Positions 9,585-21,000 of a stretch of DNA of 64,000 nt are shown here, one piece after another. The stretch covers positions 2,976,001 to 3,040,000 of the forward strand of contig OX638340.1 in assembly GCA_951812955.1 (NCBI GenBank), in the 5' to 3' direction. A program made the position numbers and the translations under genes. Under the pieces are notes generated by a model that was not told where the DNA came from, searched no databases, and saw nothing but the letters and a program-made list of their open reading frames with translations. The DNA is from an uncultured Gemmatimonadota bacterium (GTDB lineage: Bacteria; JAAXHH01). The first letter of the stretch is position 1. Each line of letters starts with the position of its first letter.

Positions 9585-10508
9585 CTATATGCCGAGTTCG
9601 TCCAGGCTCTCCTGGTACACCGAGGCGGAAGCATGCAGCGCCGTGCGCTCGTCGTCCGACAACTCCAGTTCGATCACTTCTTCTATACCCGCGCTACCCA
9701 GCTTGACGGGCACCCCGACACAGACGTCCTGCAGTCCGTATTCCCCTTGCAGCATTACCGACGCGGGCAGCACGCGATTCTTGCCTTTCAGGACGGATTC
9801 CACCATCTGGACAACGGAGGCCGCGGGGGCGTAGTAGGCGCTGCCCGTCTTGAGGTAGTTGACGATCTCAGCGCCGCCGTCGCGGGTACGTTGCACGATG
9901 CGGTCGATGGCCTCACGAGGCAAAAGTTCGGTGATGGGAATACCGGAGACCGTCGTGTAACGGGGAATGGGGACCATGGTGTCGCCGTGTCCACCCAGAA
10001 TGATCGCCTGGGTATCTTCCATGGATACGCCCAGTTCCATGGCGACAAAGCTGCGGTATCGGGCGCAGTCGAGTACACCGGCCTGCCCGTAAACGCGTTT
10101 TCGCCCGAATCCCGATACCTTGAGGGCGATATAGGTCATGACGTCCAGCGGGTTGCTGACCATCAGGATCTGGGAATCCGGCGCGTACTTTACAATGTTT
10201 TCGGTGACCGACGTGATGATTTCCGCGTTCTTCTTCAGCAGGTCGAGCCGGTCCATGCCCGGCTTGCGGGCCAGACCGGCGGTGACCACCACGAGCGCGG
10301 CGTCTTCCAGGGCTGCGAAATCGTTGGATCCTTCTATCGCCGAATCATATCCCAGTACGGGTCCGGCTTCCATCATGTCCAGTCCCTTGCCTTGCGGGAT
10401 CCCGTCGACGACGTCGATGAGGGCGATATCGCCCAGTTCTTTCTGCGCGGCGTAAAGCGCCGCGGTCGCCCCCACGTTCCCCGCCCCGACAATGCCGATC
10501 TTTACCAT
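9585..10508 (-). CDS. mdh: malate dehydrogenase (LDH-like MDH)
   Basis: N-terminal GAGNVG Rossmann motif, ILGGHGDTMVP catalytic region; 307 aa. Confidence 0.9.
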   Translation of the reverse strand: MVKIGIVGAGNVGATAALYAAQKELGDIALIDVVDGIPQGKGLDMMEAGPVLGYDSAIEGSNDFAALEDAALVVVTAGLARKPGMDRLDLLKKNAEIITSVTENIVKYAPDSQILMVSNPLDVMTYIALKVSGFGRKRVYGQAGVLDCARYRSFVAMELGVSMEDTQAIILGGHGDTMVPIPRYTTVSGIPITELLPREAIDRIVQRTRDGGAEIVNYLKTGSAYYAPAASVVQMVESVLKGKNRVLPASVMLQGEYGLQDVCVGVPVKLGSAGIEEVIELELSDDERTALHASASVYQESLDELGI

Positions 10509-10635
10509 TTGATCCTCCGTGGAATTACGATGTACCGGTCCTCGTCCAACCCGCTAGTGATGAAGAACCTTGCCAATTGCCGCATACTCGTGCCGGTCAC
10601 TCCCGGCTTTCCGTCCCGAGCGTCCCTTTTCCCGT

Positions 10636-11829
10636 TCATCGCGCCGTATTCATGTCGATCAGCAGCGACTCGCCGATAGCGTGATACCGGTCCGCTGCTT
10701 CCATCAGGTCCCGTGCCGTGTTGTGCGGGAAGGAGAACACCTCCACGCGCGGACCCAGTTCCTTGAGCAACTGGATCAGGGATACGAAATCACCATCGCC
10801 GCTGGCCAGGATGACGACGTCGACCTTTTCGGCCATTCTGATCATGTCGATGGCCATCTCCATGTCCCAGTCTCCCTTCGCGGAGCCGTCGCTGCGCCTG
10901 CGGAGGTCTTTCCGCTTAACCTGGTAACTGAACTGTTCCAGCATGGTAACGAACCCGCTCTGGTCCACTTCCGGAGTCTGAATCACGTATGCGTTCGCGC
11001 AAATCAGCCGCCTGTCACCCACGGCCGCCTGCAGGAGTTTCTCAAAATCCAGCCTGGCGGATATCCCGTAGTGCTGCCGCGCGGCGTACCACATGTTCTG
11101 CACGTCGATGAAGATGGCCACTCTCTCATCGATGGGGTGTCCGCGAACAACCTGCCCGCCGGGATCCGATTCGTGACGCAGGTTACTGAGTTGATCCACC
11201 TCCTGGCGGACGGCCTTTAAGGCTTTAAGGACGTCCATGCAGTGCGTCTCGATGTGTTTTACGGTGTCCCGAATAGCCGATCCCAGGTCCCGCGCCGCCG
11301 GGGAGGAGGGTACTCCCGCGGCCTCACCGTCCAGAACCGAATCACCCCGCAGGTACGGGAACGCCGTTTCTTCCGATACTCCAGACCGGGCGGGATCCGC
11401 CGGGGTCCGGTTCAGGAGTTCAATGGCTGGAGCGTGCACGGCCTCCCGCTCATCCAGCAGCATGGCCGTCGCCAGCCGCCCGCACTCCCGGCTGTAGGCG
11501 CTGGTGCGATCGCCCAGCAGCGAACCGATGCGCCCGGGGGACGTCGCGCCGACCCTCGAAATCTCCCTGGCGCTGGATTGAACCAGGGTACTGACGACCT
11601 GGGCAGCCGTGACCTCACGCTCGAAACAGTCCCTGGCAAGCTGAGTTGCCAGCACATGGGTCTCCGTGGACTCCAGGTCCTGGCCGTCGCTGGCCAGGCC
11701 GCAGATGTGGCAGAGTTTGGCGATCAAACTACGGTCGAGGGCGAGTTCCAGAAGCCGTGCCAGTCCGCTCTCGTCGACCCTTCTGAAGAGATGCCGGTAG
11801 TCCGGTAGTGTGTTGTGCCGATTCTCCAT
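10636..11829 (-). CDS. NYN (LabA-like) nuclease-domain protein with uncharacterised N-terminal domain
   Basis: C-terminal VAIFIDVQN...GDWDMEMAIDM...ILASGDGDF matches the NYN/LabA PIN-like fold acidic residues; N-terminal ~230 aa unrecognised. Confidence 0.55.
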   Translation of the reverse strand: MENRHNTLPDYRHLFRRVDESGLARLLELALDRSLIAKLCHICGLASDGQDLESTETHVLATQLARDCFEREVTAAQVVSTLVQSSAREISRVGATSPGRIGSLLGDRTSAYSRECGRLATAMLLDEREAVHAPAIELLNRTPADPARSGVSEETAFPYLRGDSVLDGEAAGVPSSPAARDLGSAIRDTVKHIETHCMDVLKALKAVRQEVDQLSNLRHESDPGGQVVRGHPIDERVAIFIDVQNMWYAARQHYGISARLDFEKLLQAAVGDRRLICANAYVIQTPEVDQSGFVTMLEQFSYQVKRKDLRRRSDGSAKGDWDMEMAIDMIRMAEKVDVVILASGDGDFVSLIQLLKELGPRVEVFSFPHNTARDLMEAADRYHAIGESLLIDMNTAR

Positions 11830-11871
11830 GTCTCCACCGAGCTTTCGACAGGCTGCCGCGGTACCTCGCGG

Positions 11872-13083
11872 TCATCCCGCCAATGACGAAAGTCCTTTCT
11901 CTACCCGGTCCATCCCTTGCTCGATAACATCCAGGGTGGTTGCGTAGGAAAACCGCAGGCATCCTTCCGTCCCGAAGGCGGCGCCGGGCGCCGAGACGAC
12001 CTGGTACGCCTCGAGCAGGTACATTGCGAGGTCCAGCGATCCCTCGATGGGACTCCCGTCGGGCCGGCTGTGGCCCGAATAGGCCGACATGTCCGGGAAT
12101 ACGTAGAACGCGCCGCCGGGCCGGGCGCACGTCACGCCTTCCATGTTTTCCAGTCTTTCTATAATGTAGTTCCGGCGTTGATCGAATGCCCGAATCATGG
12201 GGGGCAGGAAGTCCTCGGGACCGGTCAGTGCGGTAATGGCCGCATGCTGGGTGATGGCGCTCGGATGCATGACGGTCTGCCCCTGGAACTTCACGACCAG
12301 ATCCATCACTTCTGCGGGACCGGCGGCGTAACCCAGGCGCCAACCGGTCATGGCGTACGCCTTGGACAGCCCGTTGACCACCAGCGCCTGTTCCTTCATC
12401 CGCGGATGAAGGGCCGCGATGCTCTCGTGGCGATGACCGTCATACAGGATTTTCTCGTACAACTCGTCGGTTATGACGAATATCCCGGATTCCATGACCA
12501 CTTCGGCAATGGCGTCGAGTTCTTCACGTGTGTACACCATGCCGGTAGGATTGGAAGGGGTGTTCAGCATGAGTGCCTTGGTCTTCGGCGTAATCGCGGA
12601 CCGCACCTGGCCGGCCGTCACCTTGAAAGAAGAGGATGAATCCGTATCCAGTACCACCGGCACGGCGCCCGCCAGTTTCACCATCTCGGGATAACTGACC
12701 CAGTATGGCGCCGGGACGAGGACTTCGTCTCCTTCGTCGCAGATCACGTATAGCAGGTTGTACAGGGCGTGCTTGCCGCCGGATGTCGTAGCAATTTGGT
12801 TTGGAGCGTACTCGAGTCCGTTATCCCTGGCCAGCTTGTGGCAGATCGCTTCCTTCAGGTCCAGGATGCCGGTCGCGGGTGTATACCGTGTTATGTTCTC
12901 CCTTATCGCCTCCATGCCCGCTTCCTTGATGTGCTCCGGCGTGGGGAAGTCCGGTTCACCCACGGCGAAGTTGAACACATCGACGCCGTCGCGTTTCATC
13001 GCGATGGCGCGTTCGTTGAGCACGGTGGTCGCGGAGGGTGCGATGCGATCCAGTTTTCGGGAAAGGGGACGTATAACAGGCAT
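11872..13083 (-). CDS. class I/II pyridoxal-phosphate aminotransferase (aspartate aminotransferase-like)
   Basis: LNTPSNPTG, SKAYAMTGWRLGY (PLP-Lys region), 403 aa. Confidence 0.8.
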   Translation of the reverse strand: MPVIRPLSRKLDRIAPSATTVLNERAIAMKRDGVDVFNFAVGEPDFPTPEHIKEAGMEAIRENITRYTPATGILDLKEAICHKLARDNGLEYAPNQIATTSGGKHALYNLLYVICDEGDEVLVPAPYWVSYPEMVKLAGAVPVVLDTDSSSSFKVTAGQVRSAITPKTKALMLNTPSNPTGMVYTREELDAIAEVVMESGIFVITDELYEKILYDGHRHESIAALHPRMKEQALVVNGLSKAYAMTGWRLGYAAGPAEVMDLVVKFQGQTVMHPSAITQHAAITALTGPEDFLPPMIRAFDQRRNYIIERLENMEGVTCARPGGAFYVFPDMSAYSGHSRPDGSPIEGSLDLAMYLLEAYQVVSAPGAAFGTEGCLRFSYATTLDVIEQGMDRVEKGLSSLAG

Positions 13084-13132
13084 TGGAATGGGGCGGCGCG
13101 TGGTGTGGGTCAGGCTTTAGTATGACCAGCGC

Positions 13133-13618
13133 TCAGGTGGTCGACCCGCGCTTCTCCGATAGCGCATTTAACACGGGAGGCGGGACTTGATGGCTTACAT
13201 CGCCACCGAATCGGAAGACCTCTTTGACGAGCGAAGAACTCACGTACACCGATGGTTCCCCGGGAAAGAACGAGACCGTGACCACCGTTGGGGCCAGGTG
13301 TCGGTTCATGAGCGCCATCTGGGATTCTGTTTCCAGGTCTCCGGTCGATCGAACACCACGGACAATGGCGCCTGCGTCTAAACTTTTTGCCAGGTCGACG
13401 GTCAACCCGTCCGAAGATAGTACTTCGACCCCTGACCAGCCATCCACGGCCCGCCGGAACAGGTCCACCCGTTCATCCACCGAGAACATCGGGTGCTTGC
13501 CTATGTTGGGCGCAACGGCCACCACGACCCGGTCGAACACGGCCAGCGCCTGTCTCAGTACGTCCAGATGTCCGTTGGTCACCGGATCGAAAGTACCGGG
13601 ATACACCGCAACTTTCAT
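13133..13618 (-). CDS. coaD: phosphopantetheine adenylyltransferase
   Basis: AVYPGTFDPVTNGHLD nucleotidyltransferase motif; 161 aa; 4-nt overlap with rsmD. Confidence 0.9.
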   Translation of the reverse strand: MKVAVYPGTFDPVTNGHLDVLRQALAVFDRVVVAVAPNIGKHPMFSVDERVDLFRRAVDGWSGVEVLSSDGLTVDLAKSLDAGAIVRGVRSTGDLETESQMALMNRHLAPTVVTVSFFPGEPSVYVSSSLVKEVFRFGGDVSHQVPPPVLNALSEKRGSTT

Positions 13619-14343
13619 CGCCGGGTTCTCGATGAAGGAGGTGGAAGAACTGTAGGAAGGATTTCCGACCGGTTCACGGTCGCTGCCGGTACGGGCTGAA
13701 AGAACGACAGCGCCGTGTCTCCGATGTTCCGTCTGCGCGTCAGATCGAGACCGGGGCAGGTTTCCAGTGGATCGTCTCCGTGATGCTCCAGGACGAGCAG
13801 GCCACCTGGAGCCAATACGTTTCGTTCGCCAACGGTTCGGACAATTTCCTGGGCGACCGGATCGCCATAGGGTGGATCTGCGAGAATGACATCCACCACA
13901 CAGGCATGGTCGGCGAGTTGTCGGAGTCCCAGGATCGCATCCGTCATCCAGACCTTGGCCTTTCTGTTCGATGGGTTCTGTTCAAGCGGTAACCGCCCGT
14001 CATGCGGGACTTGCCCGTCATACGGGCCAGAACGGACAGGCTGACCTGGCTGACCAGGCTGTCCAGGCTGACCACCGAATTCGCAGCGGACCAGGTTGTC
14101 TCTTATCATCCGTACGGCACGCCGGTCGCTGTCGATGAACAGACAGCAGCGCGCCCCCCGGCTCAACGCTTCGATGCCCAGGCTCCCGCTGCCGGCACAC
14201 AGGTCCACCACCGTGCCATCGACGATCCTTACCGACAGGATGTCAAACAACGATCCGCGTACGCGGCTGCCGGTGGGACGCATGGCGCCGGTTACGGTCT
14301 TAAGCCGCCGGCCTTTGGCGGTACCCGTACCGATTCGCAGCAT
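13615..14343 (-). CDS. rsmD: 16S rRNA (guanine966-N2)-methyltransferase RsmD, with GQPGQP repeat insertion
   Basis: DLCAGSGSLGIEALSRGA SAM motif and DPPY catalytic motif; internal GQPGQPGQPGQP insertion encoded by a short tandem DNA repeat at about 14039-14077. Confidence 0.8.
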   Translation of the reverse strand: MLRIGTGTAKGRRLKTVTGAMRPTGSRVRGSLFDILSVRIVDGTVVDLCAGSGSLGIEALSRGARCCLFIDSDRRAVRMIRDNLVRCEFGGQPGQPGQPGQPVRSGPYDGQVPHDGRLPLEQNPSNRKAKVWMTDAILGLRQLADHACVVDVILADPPYGDPVAQEIVRTVGERNVLAPGGLLVLEHHGDDPLETCPGLDLTRRRNIGDTALSFFQPVPAATVNRSEILPTVLPPPSSRTRR

Positions 14344-14494
14344 AATCCCCCACTTCCGGCCATTACCGTTCGGACCACATCGAAAATAGAATTTCAGGGG
14401 GTGAATGTCAACAAAAAAGCCCGGAGAGAACCCCTGTACCCGGGCTGTTCGCGAGGTTATGCGACCAGGTGTTCCATGGGCGCTGGCCAGCCGC

Positions 14495-15025
14495 TCACTT
14501 CAGTTCCACGAAGGGGCGTAAACGGCCGAGTTTGGCGGGGCCGATTCCCTTTACTTCGAGCAGTTGTTCAACGCTTGCGAAGTGTCCTGACCGTTGCCGG
14601 TAGGCGATTATCTCCGCCGCCAGTTTCGGCCCGATGCCTGGAAGTTTCTGAAGTTCGGACGCAGGGGCGGTATTTACAGGCACTTGCAGGCCGCCGGCCG
14701 ATGAGGCCGGTTTCGAAGAGACTCCGGCGGCCGGGTATCCTGAATCCGACCTCCTGGGGTCGGCAGAAGGATCCGTAACGTTCCCGGCGGCCTTCTGCCC
14801 TTCGATTTCACGCGCCCCGGCTGGAGACTGCACCGCACCGGCCGCGGTGGTTCCCGAGACTGGCACCCTCTCGGGGCGGACTCCGGCATTAGGCCGTCCT
14901 ACGGCAGGGGCCGGTCCCAGATCGGGCAGGAAACCCGAATCGTACTGTTTCACGAGCAGAACGAAGGCTCCAACCAGCATACTGACCGCAACGAAAATGA
15001 CGGCTTGAATTTCCGCTCTCGTCAT
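14495..15025 (-). CDS. comEA: ComEA-family helix-hairpin-helix DNA-binding protein
   Basis: N-terminal TM anchor, low-complexity linker, C-terminal tandem HhH (LPGIGPKLAAEII...GIGPAKL). Confidence 0.8.
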   Translation of the reverse strand: MTRAEIQAVIFVAVSMLVGAFVLLVKQYDSGFLPDLGPAPAVGRPNAGVRPERVPVSGTTAAGAVQSPAGAREIEGQKAAGNVTDPSADPRRSDSGYPAAGVSSKPASSAGGLQVPVNTAPASELQKLPGIGPKLAAEIIAYRQRSGHFASVEQLLEVKGIGPAKLGRLRPFVELK

Positions 15026-15098
15026 GGTTTGACCGTTCGATAGCCTTAGATGGTGCGTCGAAGCCGATTCTGTTACACCGGCGACACGGCAAGACCGG

Positions 15099-18000
15099 TC
15101 AGTTGAAAACGAACTCGGTCCACAGCCCGCCGCCTCGCCGAATCCGTTTCTGCCGGGTGATTACATTCAGCGTATTCGTAAACTCGAGCGTGACGCCGCC
15201 GCGGATGTACCTGCTGAACCGATAGTCCGTCGTGACCGAGAACCGGTTCTGATTCTGTCCGTTGCTGGGTTGGAAATCGCCGGCTATCCGCGATATAAGC
15301 GTCTCGTTGGTATTCCGGGTGTATTGCAGCCGGGCGTTAATGTCCCCGCTCGTCCGCTTCCCGAAGATCCGGATACCGGACCTGAGCCGGTAGTCCACCG
15401 CGACAGTGAGTGACCTGTTCTGCTGTTTCTGGTCGGTCGCGTTCCGTCCGAACTCGGTCAATCCGTCTAATGTTGTAAAGTTGCCTCGAATCACCACGCC
15501 CGCGTTCAGATCGAAGACGAAGCCGATCAGAGGAGACAGGGAAGTCGTGGTCGTCCGGGTGATACCGGCTTCACCAGGGTCCGTATCTCCCGCAGACCCC
15601 TGCGCGACCGCGGGGGCCACCTGCCCCAGGTCGGTGTTCTTCCCCTTGCGTCTCGAGTACCCGCTGGACAGTTCGATGCGGCGGAAGCTCCGGCCGAAGT
15701 CGCCCATGCTCCTGAGATTGGGACTCCACCGCAGGTTTACTTCAGGCCATGTGGTGTTATTCTGCTTCCGGTTCAGATTTGAGGACCGGTTATGGGTCGA
15801 CACCCACGTGGGCCGGATGGACAGGGTCGCGCCGCGTAACCGGATTCCCGTTCCCAGGTTGAAGGAAGACCGGTTCGCTTCCGACTCCTGGTTACGCTGG
15901 ATGCCGGTAACTCCGCCACCGGACCCCAGGGTATCGAACAGTACCGAGAAACTATCCGACAGCCCCATGCGTTCCCGCAAGGTCGGGCGGGATACCGCGT
16001 TGAAGAAGTTCTGGTTGCGGCTGATCGTGTAGTTCAGTGTGACCGGCGTGAAGTTACTCAAGACTGCGGCAAGCCGGTCCGACACGTTTCGTCGGAACCA
16101 TCCTGCGTCTTCTGGACTCGATCGTCGAGAAGATTCCCCGAGGACGTTCGATACCATTCTAGCCAAATTGACGTTCGTTCGCACGCCCTGCTGGTTGCTG
16201 AACGTGATGGTCCGCGCGCTTGGAGAAGCTCCGACAAGTTGCAACTGTGGATTCCGGTTCTCCGCGTAAGACGTGGTAAAGTTGTAGGACGGCCTGAACC
16301 AGGTCGTGATACCGGGACGATAGTCGACACCCAGGTTCTGGCGGTAGCTGGTTTCTGGACCGAATTCCAGCTTGGTAAAAGATACGGTGGAATCGGATTT
16401 CATGTCGTTGGAAACCGCGAGGTTGTAATTCATCCTCAAGGATCCGAAAGGTTCCATGATTGCCCGGATATTTCGGTTTAGATACCTGATGAAACGTTCG
16501 CCGCGGTCCGTACTTGCCGCCTCCGTTTCACCGGTGTTTCCGGCCACGACGGACTGCCTCGCCCTGTTGAGGTAGATCCGCCTGTCGCGATTTACTTCCG
16601 AGAACAACTCCAGTCGTACGGGCAGCGGGTTGAAAGTCAGTCCTGAAATAGACTCCGGCAATGGCATCCATCTTAGAATCGGCCACTGGATCTTAGAGCG
16701 CGGGGTCAGGTTGTAATGCAGTCGGGCCCGGTAGGAGCCGGACGTATCGATCCTGGAGACCGAGTGACGGAAATAACTGGTCGACGTGAAATCGAACCGG
16801 AATCGCTCCAGGGTCCAGGCGACGAAGGGATTCCTTGAACCGATACGCTTGGAGAAAGAAGCCGAAAACGAGCGGTCGTTGTTCTCCGTGCGCTGCGCTT
16901 CACGCTGTTCCTGGTTCAACAGGACGATATCGGACCCTACCTGCAACCGCGGCAGCCTCAGGTCGTTCTTCCAGCGGAGACGGAGTGGAATGGACAGTCC
17001 CCAGTCTTCCGGCAGCATGTTTCCCAGATTCAACAGGGAGGAAAAGTTTATCAAAGTGGATCTGCTCCCTGATTCTTCACCGCCAATCCTGCGGAAGTGA
17101 CTGCCCACGCTTCTGACGGTTCCGAACACTGATAAAACGTCGGCGAGATCGGCGTCGAACTTCAGTCGGCCGGCAAGTCCCCGGTCGCGCCTGACATCGC
17201 CCGCCCTCAGTTCGTCCAACCAGAGCTCACCTCCCACCAGAACCTGGTCGTAAGGATTGTAAATCCCCACTGTGATATGGCGAACACGGGCCAGGGCGGG
17301 TGAACCCAGAACCCTGTACTGCCTGTTTCCCTCCAGTTCGACTATGGCCAGCGTAAGCCCCTCATTTCGAGGACCATCCTTGAATCGCACGGGACGTGAA
17401 ATCCCGTCGCTCAGCGTAACCGCATAGGTCGTATCCGTTGTCGTCACCGTCCTCCGCGCTGTTTCCGTTTCGCTCTTGAGGACCGTCAGATCGTCGAAAA
17501 CGACCCTGAGATGGTTCGCTTCGTCCCATCCGGGCAAGACACGCGTCCGATATTCGTAATAGTCGAATTCTCCGCTTCCGAATCGAATAAAAAACTCGGG
17601 CGATCGGCCTGGTTCGAAGTTGTCCGAGCCGTGAATGTAAAGCCGCAGCGTGTTGTAGAGCGTATAGTCCTGATCGGAAAACAGCGTACGATAAGCCTGT
17701 GCGCTGTGGTGCGGCTGCAGGTTGGTATAGGTGATGATCAGGGACTGTTCCTTGTTCTGGAGGCCGGTCACCCGGTCGTACTCGATGATCGCACCGGGAG
17801 GCGACGTATATTCACCCGGATTGTCGTATGTGTTCTTCACGGCGACATCGAAAGTCTCTCCGGCGGCGGACAACGCGGAAGCAGGAACCGGATTGCCGGT
17901 GGAATCGGTTATCGCCCCGGTAAAGTCTTCCTGCCATTGGTTGCCGACGATATTGATGGAGGCGATACGCGTTTTTACCGGCTCGTCCACCTCCGTGATC

Positions 18001-21000
18001 CAAAGCCTGACCATTTCGATCCGCTCGAATGTCGGCATGCCCACCGAACCGGCGTAAGCGCGGTTCGCCAGGCCGGCAGCGCCTTCGGCCGTTTCTACAT
18101 CCGCACCGTCCTGGCGGTCCATGCCGTCCAACGACGGGTCCACACCGGCCGTCGCACCGAGGATTTCGGTGTCCAGCGGTATGCGGTACATGCGCCAGCT
18201 GTCCGGATTGCCCCAGTTGGAGCGATCCAGGTCGCCGCCGGCTACGAGCACCGTGTCATCGTGGTCCGGACTCAGATTCACGGCGAATTCGAAATAGTCG
18301 TTTTGTAAGTCCAGAAAGCCGGAGTAATCGAGATCTTCGGTATCGGGCCGACGGTTCTGATCCGGATCGTTGGCATTCACTTCCGGTCCGTTGATTTTGC
18401 TGTAGTCGACCTGGTCGACCGGCACGGAGCCACCCTTCGTACCTTTGAAGTGGAAGTTGTCCCCGTGTGGATCGGGGTTGCTCACCGGATCGTAACCGGC
18501 CTCCTCTTCGTCCCTCAGACCGTCCATCCCGATGTCTTCTTCCGGTTCCAGGAGGTTGTTGCCGAATCCGCCACTCCGGTCGTCTTCCGTATCCAGACTG
18601 TCGTTACCGTTGACATCCTCGCTGATTGCCCCGAGGTCGATATGCAGTTCGCCGCGATTCCCGTTCACCCATATCTCGATGAACCGGCTGCGCGTCTGGT
18701 CCACGTTGGCCCCGGAGAGCGGATGCATCAACCCGGCCCACCTGTTCAGCACGTCGCCCTGGCCGTTTTCCCGGCCGGGCGCGCTGAAGGTCGAGTCCGC
18801 AGACAAGCCGCCCCAGCGAAGGTCGGGTTCCGTGGGATCGTATTCCATGATCAGCACGTGCTGCAACTGGTCGCGGCCCGTGACCTCGCGGGTGGGGTAA
18901 ATCTGGCGGACATCGACCTGTTCGAGGGGATTGTACCAGATCATCCGGCCCCGCTGTTGGTGTTCGTATCGATCGGGTGGGCTGGCCGGCCGCCAGCCGC
19001 TCCGGCGCACGCCCAGGTCTGTTTCCTCCTTGCTTCCTTCGAAATCGTCGATAAACCCGTCGCCCAGGATATTGGGGTTGGGAACGCTCTGAGCCAGTTC
19101 GGCCTCGATGATCAACGAGGACGATTCGTCCGCCAGGTCCGCGGGGGAGATGAAATCCACGAAGGAAGTCAGAAAGTCAGGTTCGAACGCCAGCCGCGTA
19201 TCGATCCCCCACATCATGTACCGTCCGGTTTCACGGCCGATCCGGGACTTCTGCTCCAGGGACTTGTCGGACCGGTATAGAAATGTGCCTTTAATCCAGG
19301 ACTGTTCGCTGAACTGGTATTCACCCTGAAATCCCATCAGGGTGTTCGACACAGGCTTGAAGAACGGGGCAAACTGGAACTGGACGGTCACGTCCGCATC
19401 CGGGGTCAGAGCCTCCTCGTTCGTGAAACGGATCTGCCCGACTTCGTAGAGAATGATGTAATCGGTTCCCCGCTGCAGTTGCTGGCCGTTCAATCGCACG
19501 ATTTCACTCCCCTCGATGATATTGGTCCGCCCGAGGGAGTACTGGGACAACTGGTTACGGTATTCGACTTCAAGGAAGTACTTGTTCAGCCTGCTGTGCT
19601 GGCTGAAGATCTGTTCGCTCGAAAGATTATAGAACCCGGGCGTTTCATCGGGAAGGCCTTCGCCCTGCGTATTCGGATAGGCCAGTTGGCCGGCGGATGT
19701 TACGGTCAGGGCGGGCGCGAAGGGATACTGGTCCGGGAAAATCAGTTCCCCGCGTTCGAAATTGAACAACGCATAGTCGATGTCGACGATCCGGTCGGGC
19801 TCGGAACCGGGGTCCACCCCCCTCCGGTCGAGCCCCAGCAACTGGATGAAGGGCGTCCCGTTCTCGTCGACCTCACTGTGCTCGCCCTCGGACTGCAACT
19901 GGTAGATTCTCAATTCGAAATTGTTCGGATCGATGTCCGTCTGGCCGAGGTAATACACATTCCGCCACTCGTACTGCCAGGTGTCCCACTGGGCGGGATC
20001 GTCCGGGGCGGCGGGAGGGCGCTCCTGCTGCCGCTTGAGCAGGCGCAGCAGCGGGACGTCGCCTTCCAGTCGGCCGTACTTTTTGACTTCTCCGTTCTGG
20101 TTCACGGTCTCGTAGTATACTCCGAGCATGTCGTCTTCTTGCAAGGGCGTGTTCAACGCGATGTAGCCGAATTGCTGGTTTACGTAGAATTCGTCGGATT
20201 CCAGGTACCTGAACTTCCCTTCCACGAATTCACCCGCCTCGGAACCCTGGATGAGCACATCCTCCGAGTCGTACACGGGGGGATCCGGATAGGCATTGGC
20301 ATTGACCAGCTTGGCCTGGTTGGTCAGGGTGAGCCGTCCCGACACGTAGACCTGGATGACACGCACCGAGTCATCGGGCGCGACGCGGGACCCGTTTACG
20401 TCCCTGCGCGAGAAATCGCGGCGGTACTGCTCATCAATGAAATAGTAGGTCCTGCGCCTGAAGTCGAGGTCCCGGATCACCCGCTGAGACCCTTTGGTCC
20501 CGGCCTGGAACGTGGCGGATTCTCCTTCTCCCTTCTCCTGGCTGGCGATCGCGGTCAGGTGGAAGCTGCCGAGTTGGCCCGTCATTTTGACTCCAAACAA
20601 TCCGGTGTGCTGCTGCGTATAGCCCGTGAACTCCGTGTTCTTCAGATCGAGAGAAACGTTTCCAGCCTCGAAACTCTTCAGGATGCCGTTCCCATCCCGG
20701 CCGTCGTCGTAAACGTCCTGGTACCGAATGGCAAGGTTGTTGTCGAGGTCGGTGAACGCTTCGCTGTTCTGCTTGATGTTCACCTCGACCTTCTGGCCTA
20801 TGTTCCCGGAAACGGTAAACTCCTGGTTCTGCTTCATGGAAATGTTCGGTGCGCGAGAGAACCGGTTTGTCGCCGTACTCGCGCTGCCTTCCGTCCATTC
20901 GCTGGCCATGTCCATCTCGATGCGCTGGTTTCCGAGAATACGAATAACGGGCGTGCCGCCGCCCAGAAAAGTAGGCAGGTTCACCGGCAGATCGAGGGTC

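Noticed and set aside
9633-10679. 348-aa plus-strand ORF antisense to mdh
   Set aside because: Antisense shadow of a confidently identified gene.
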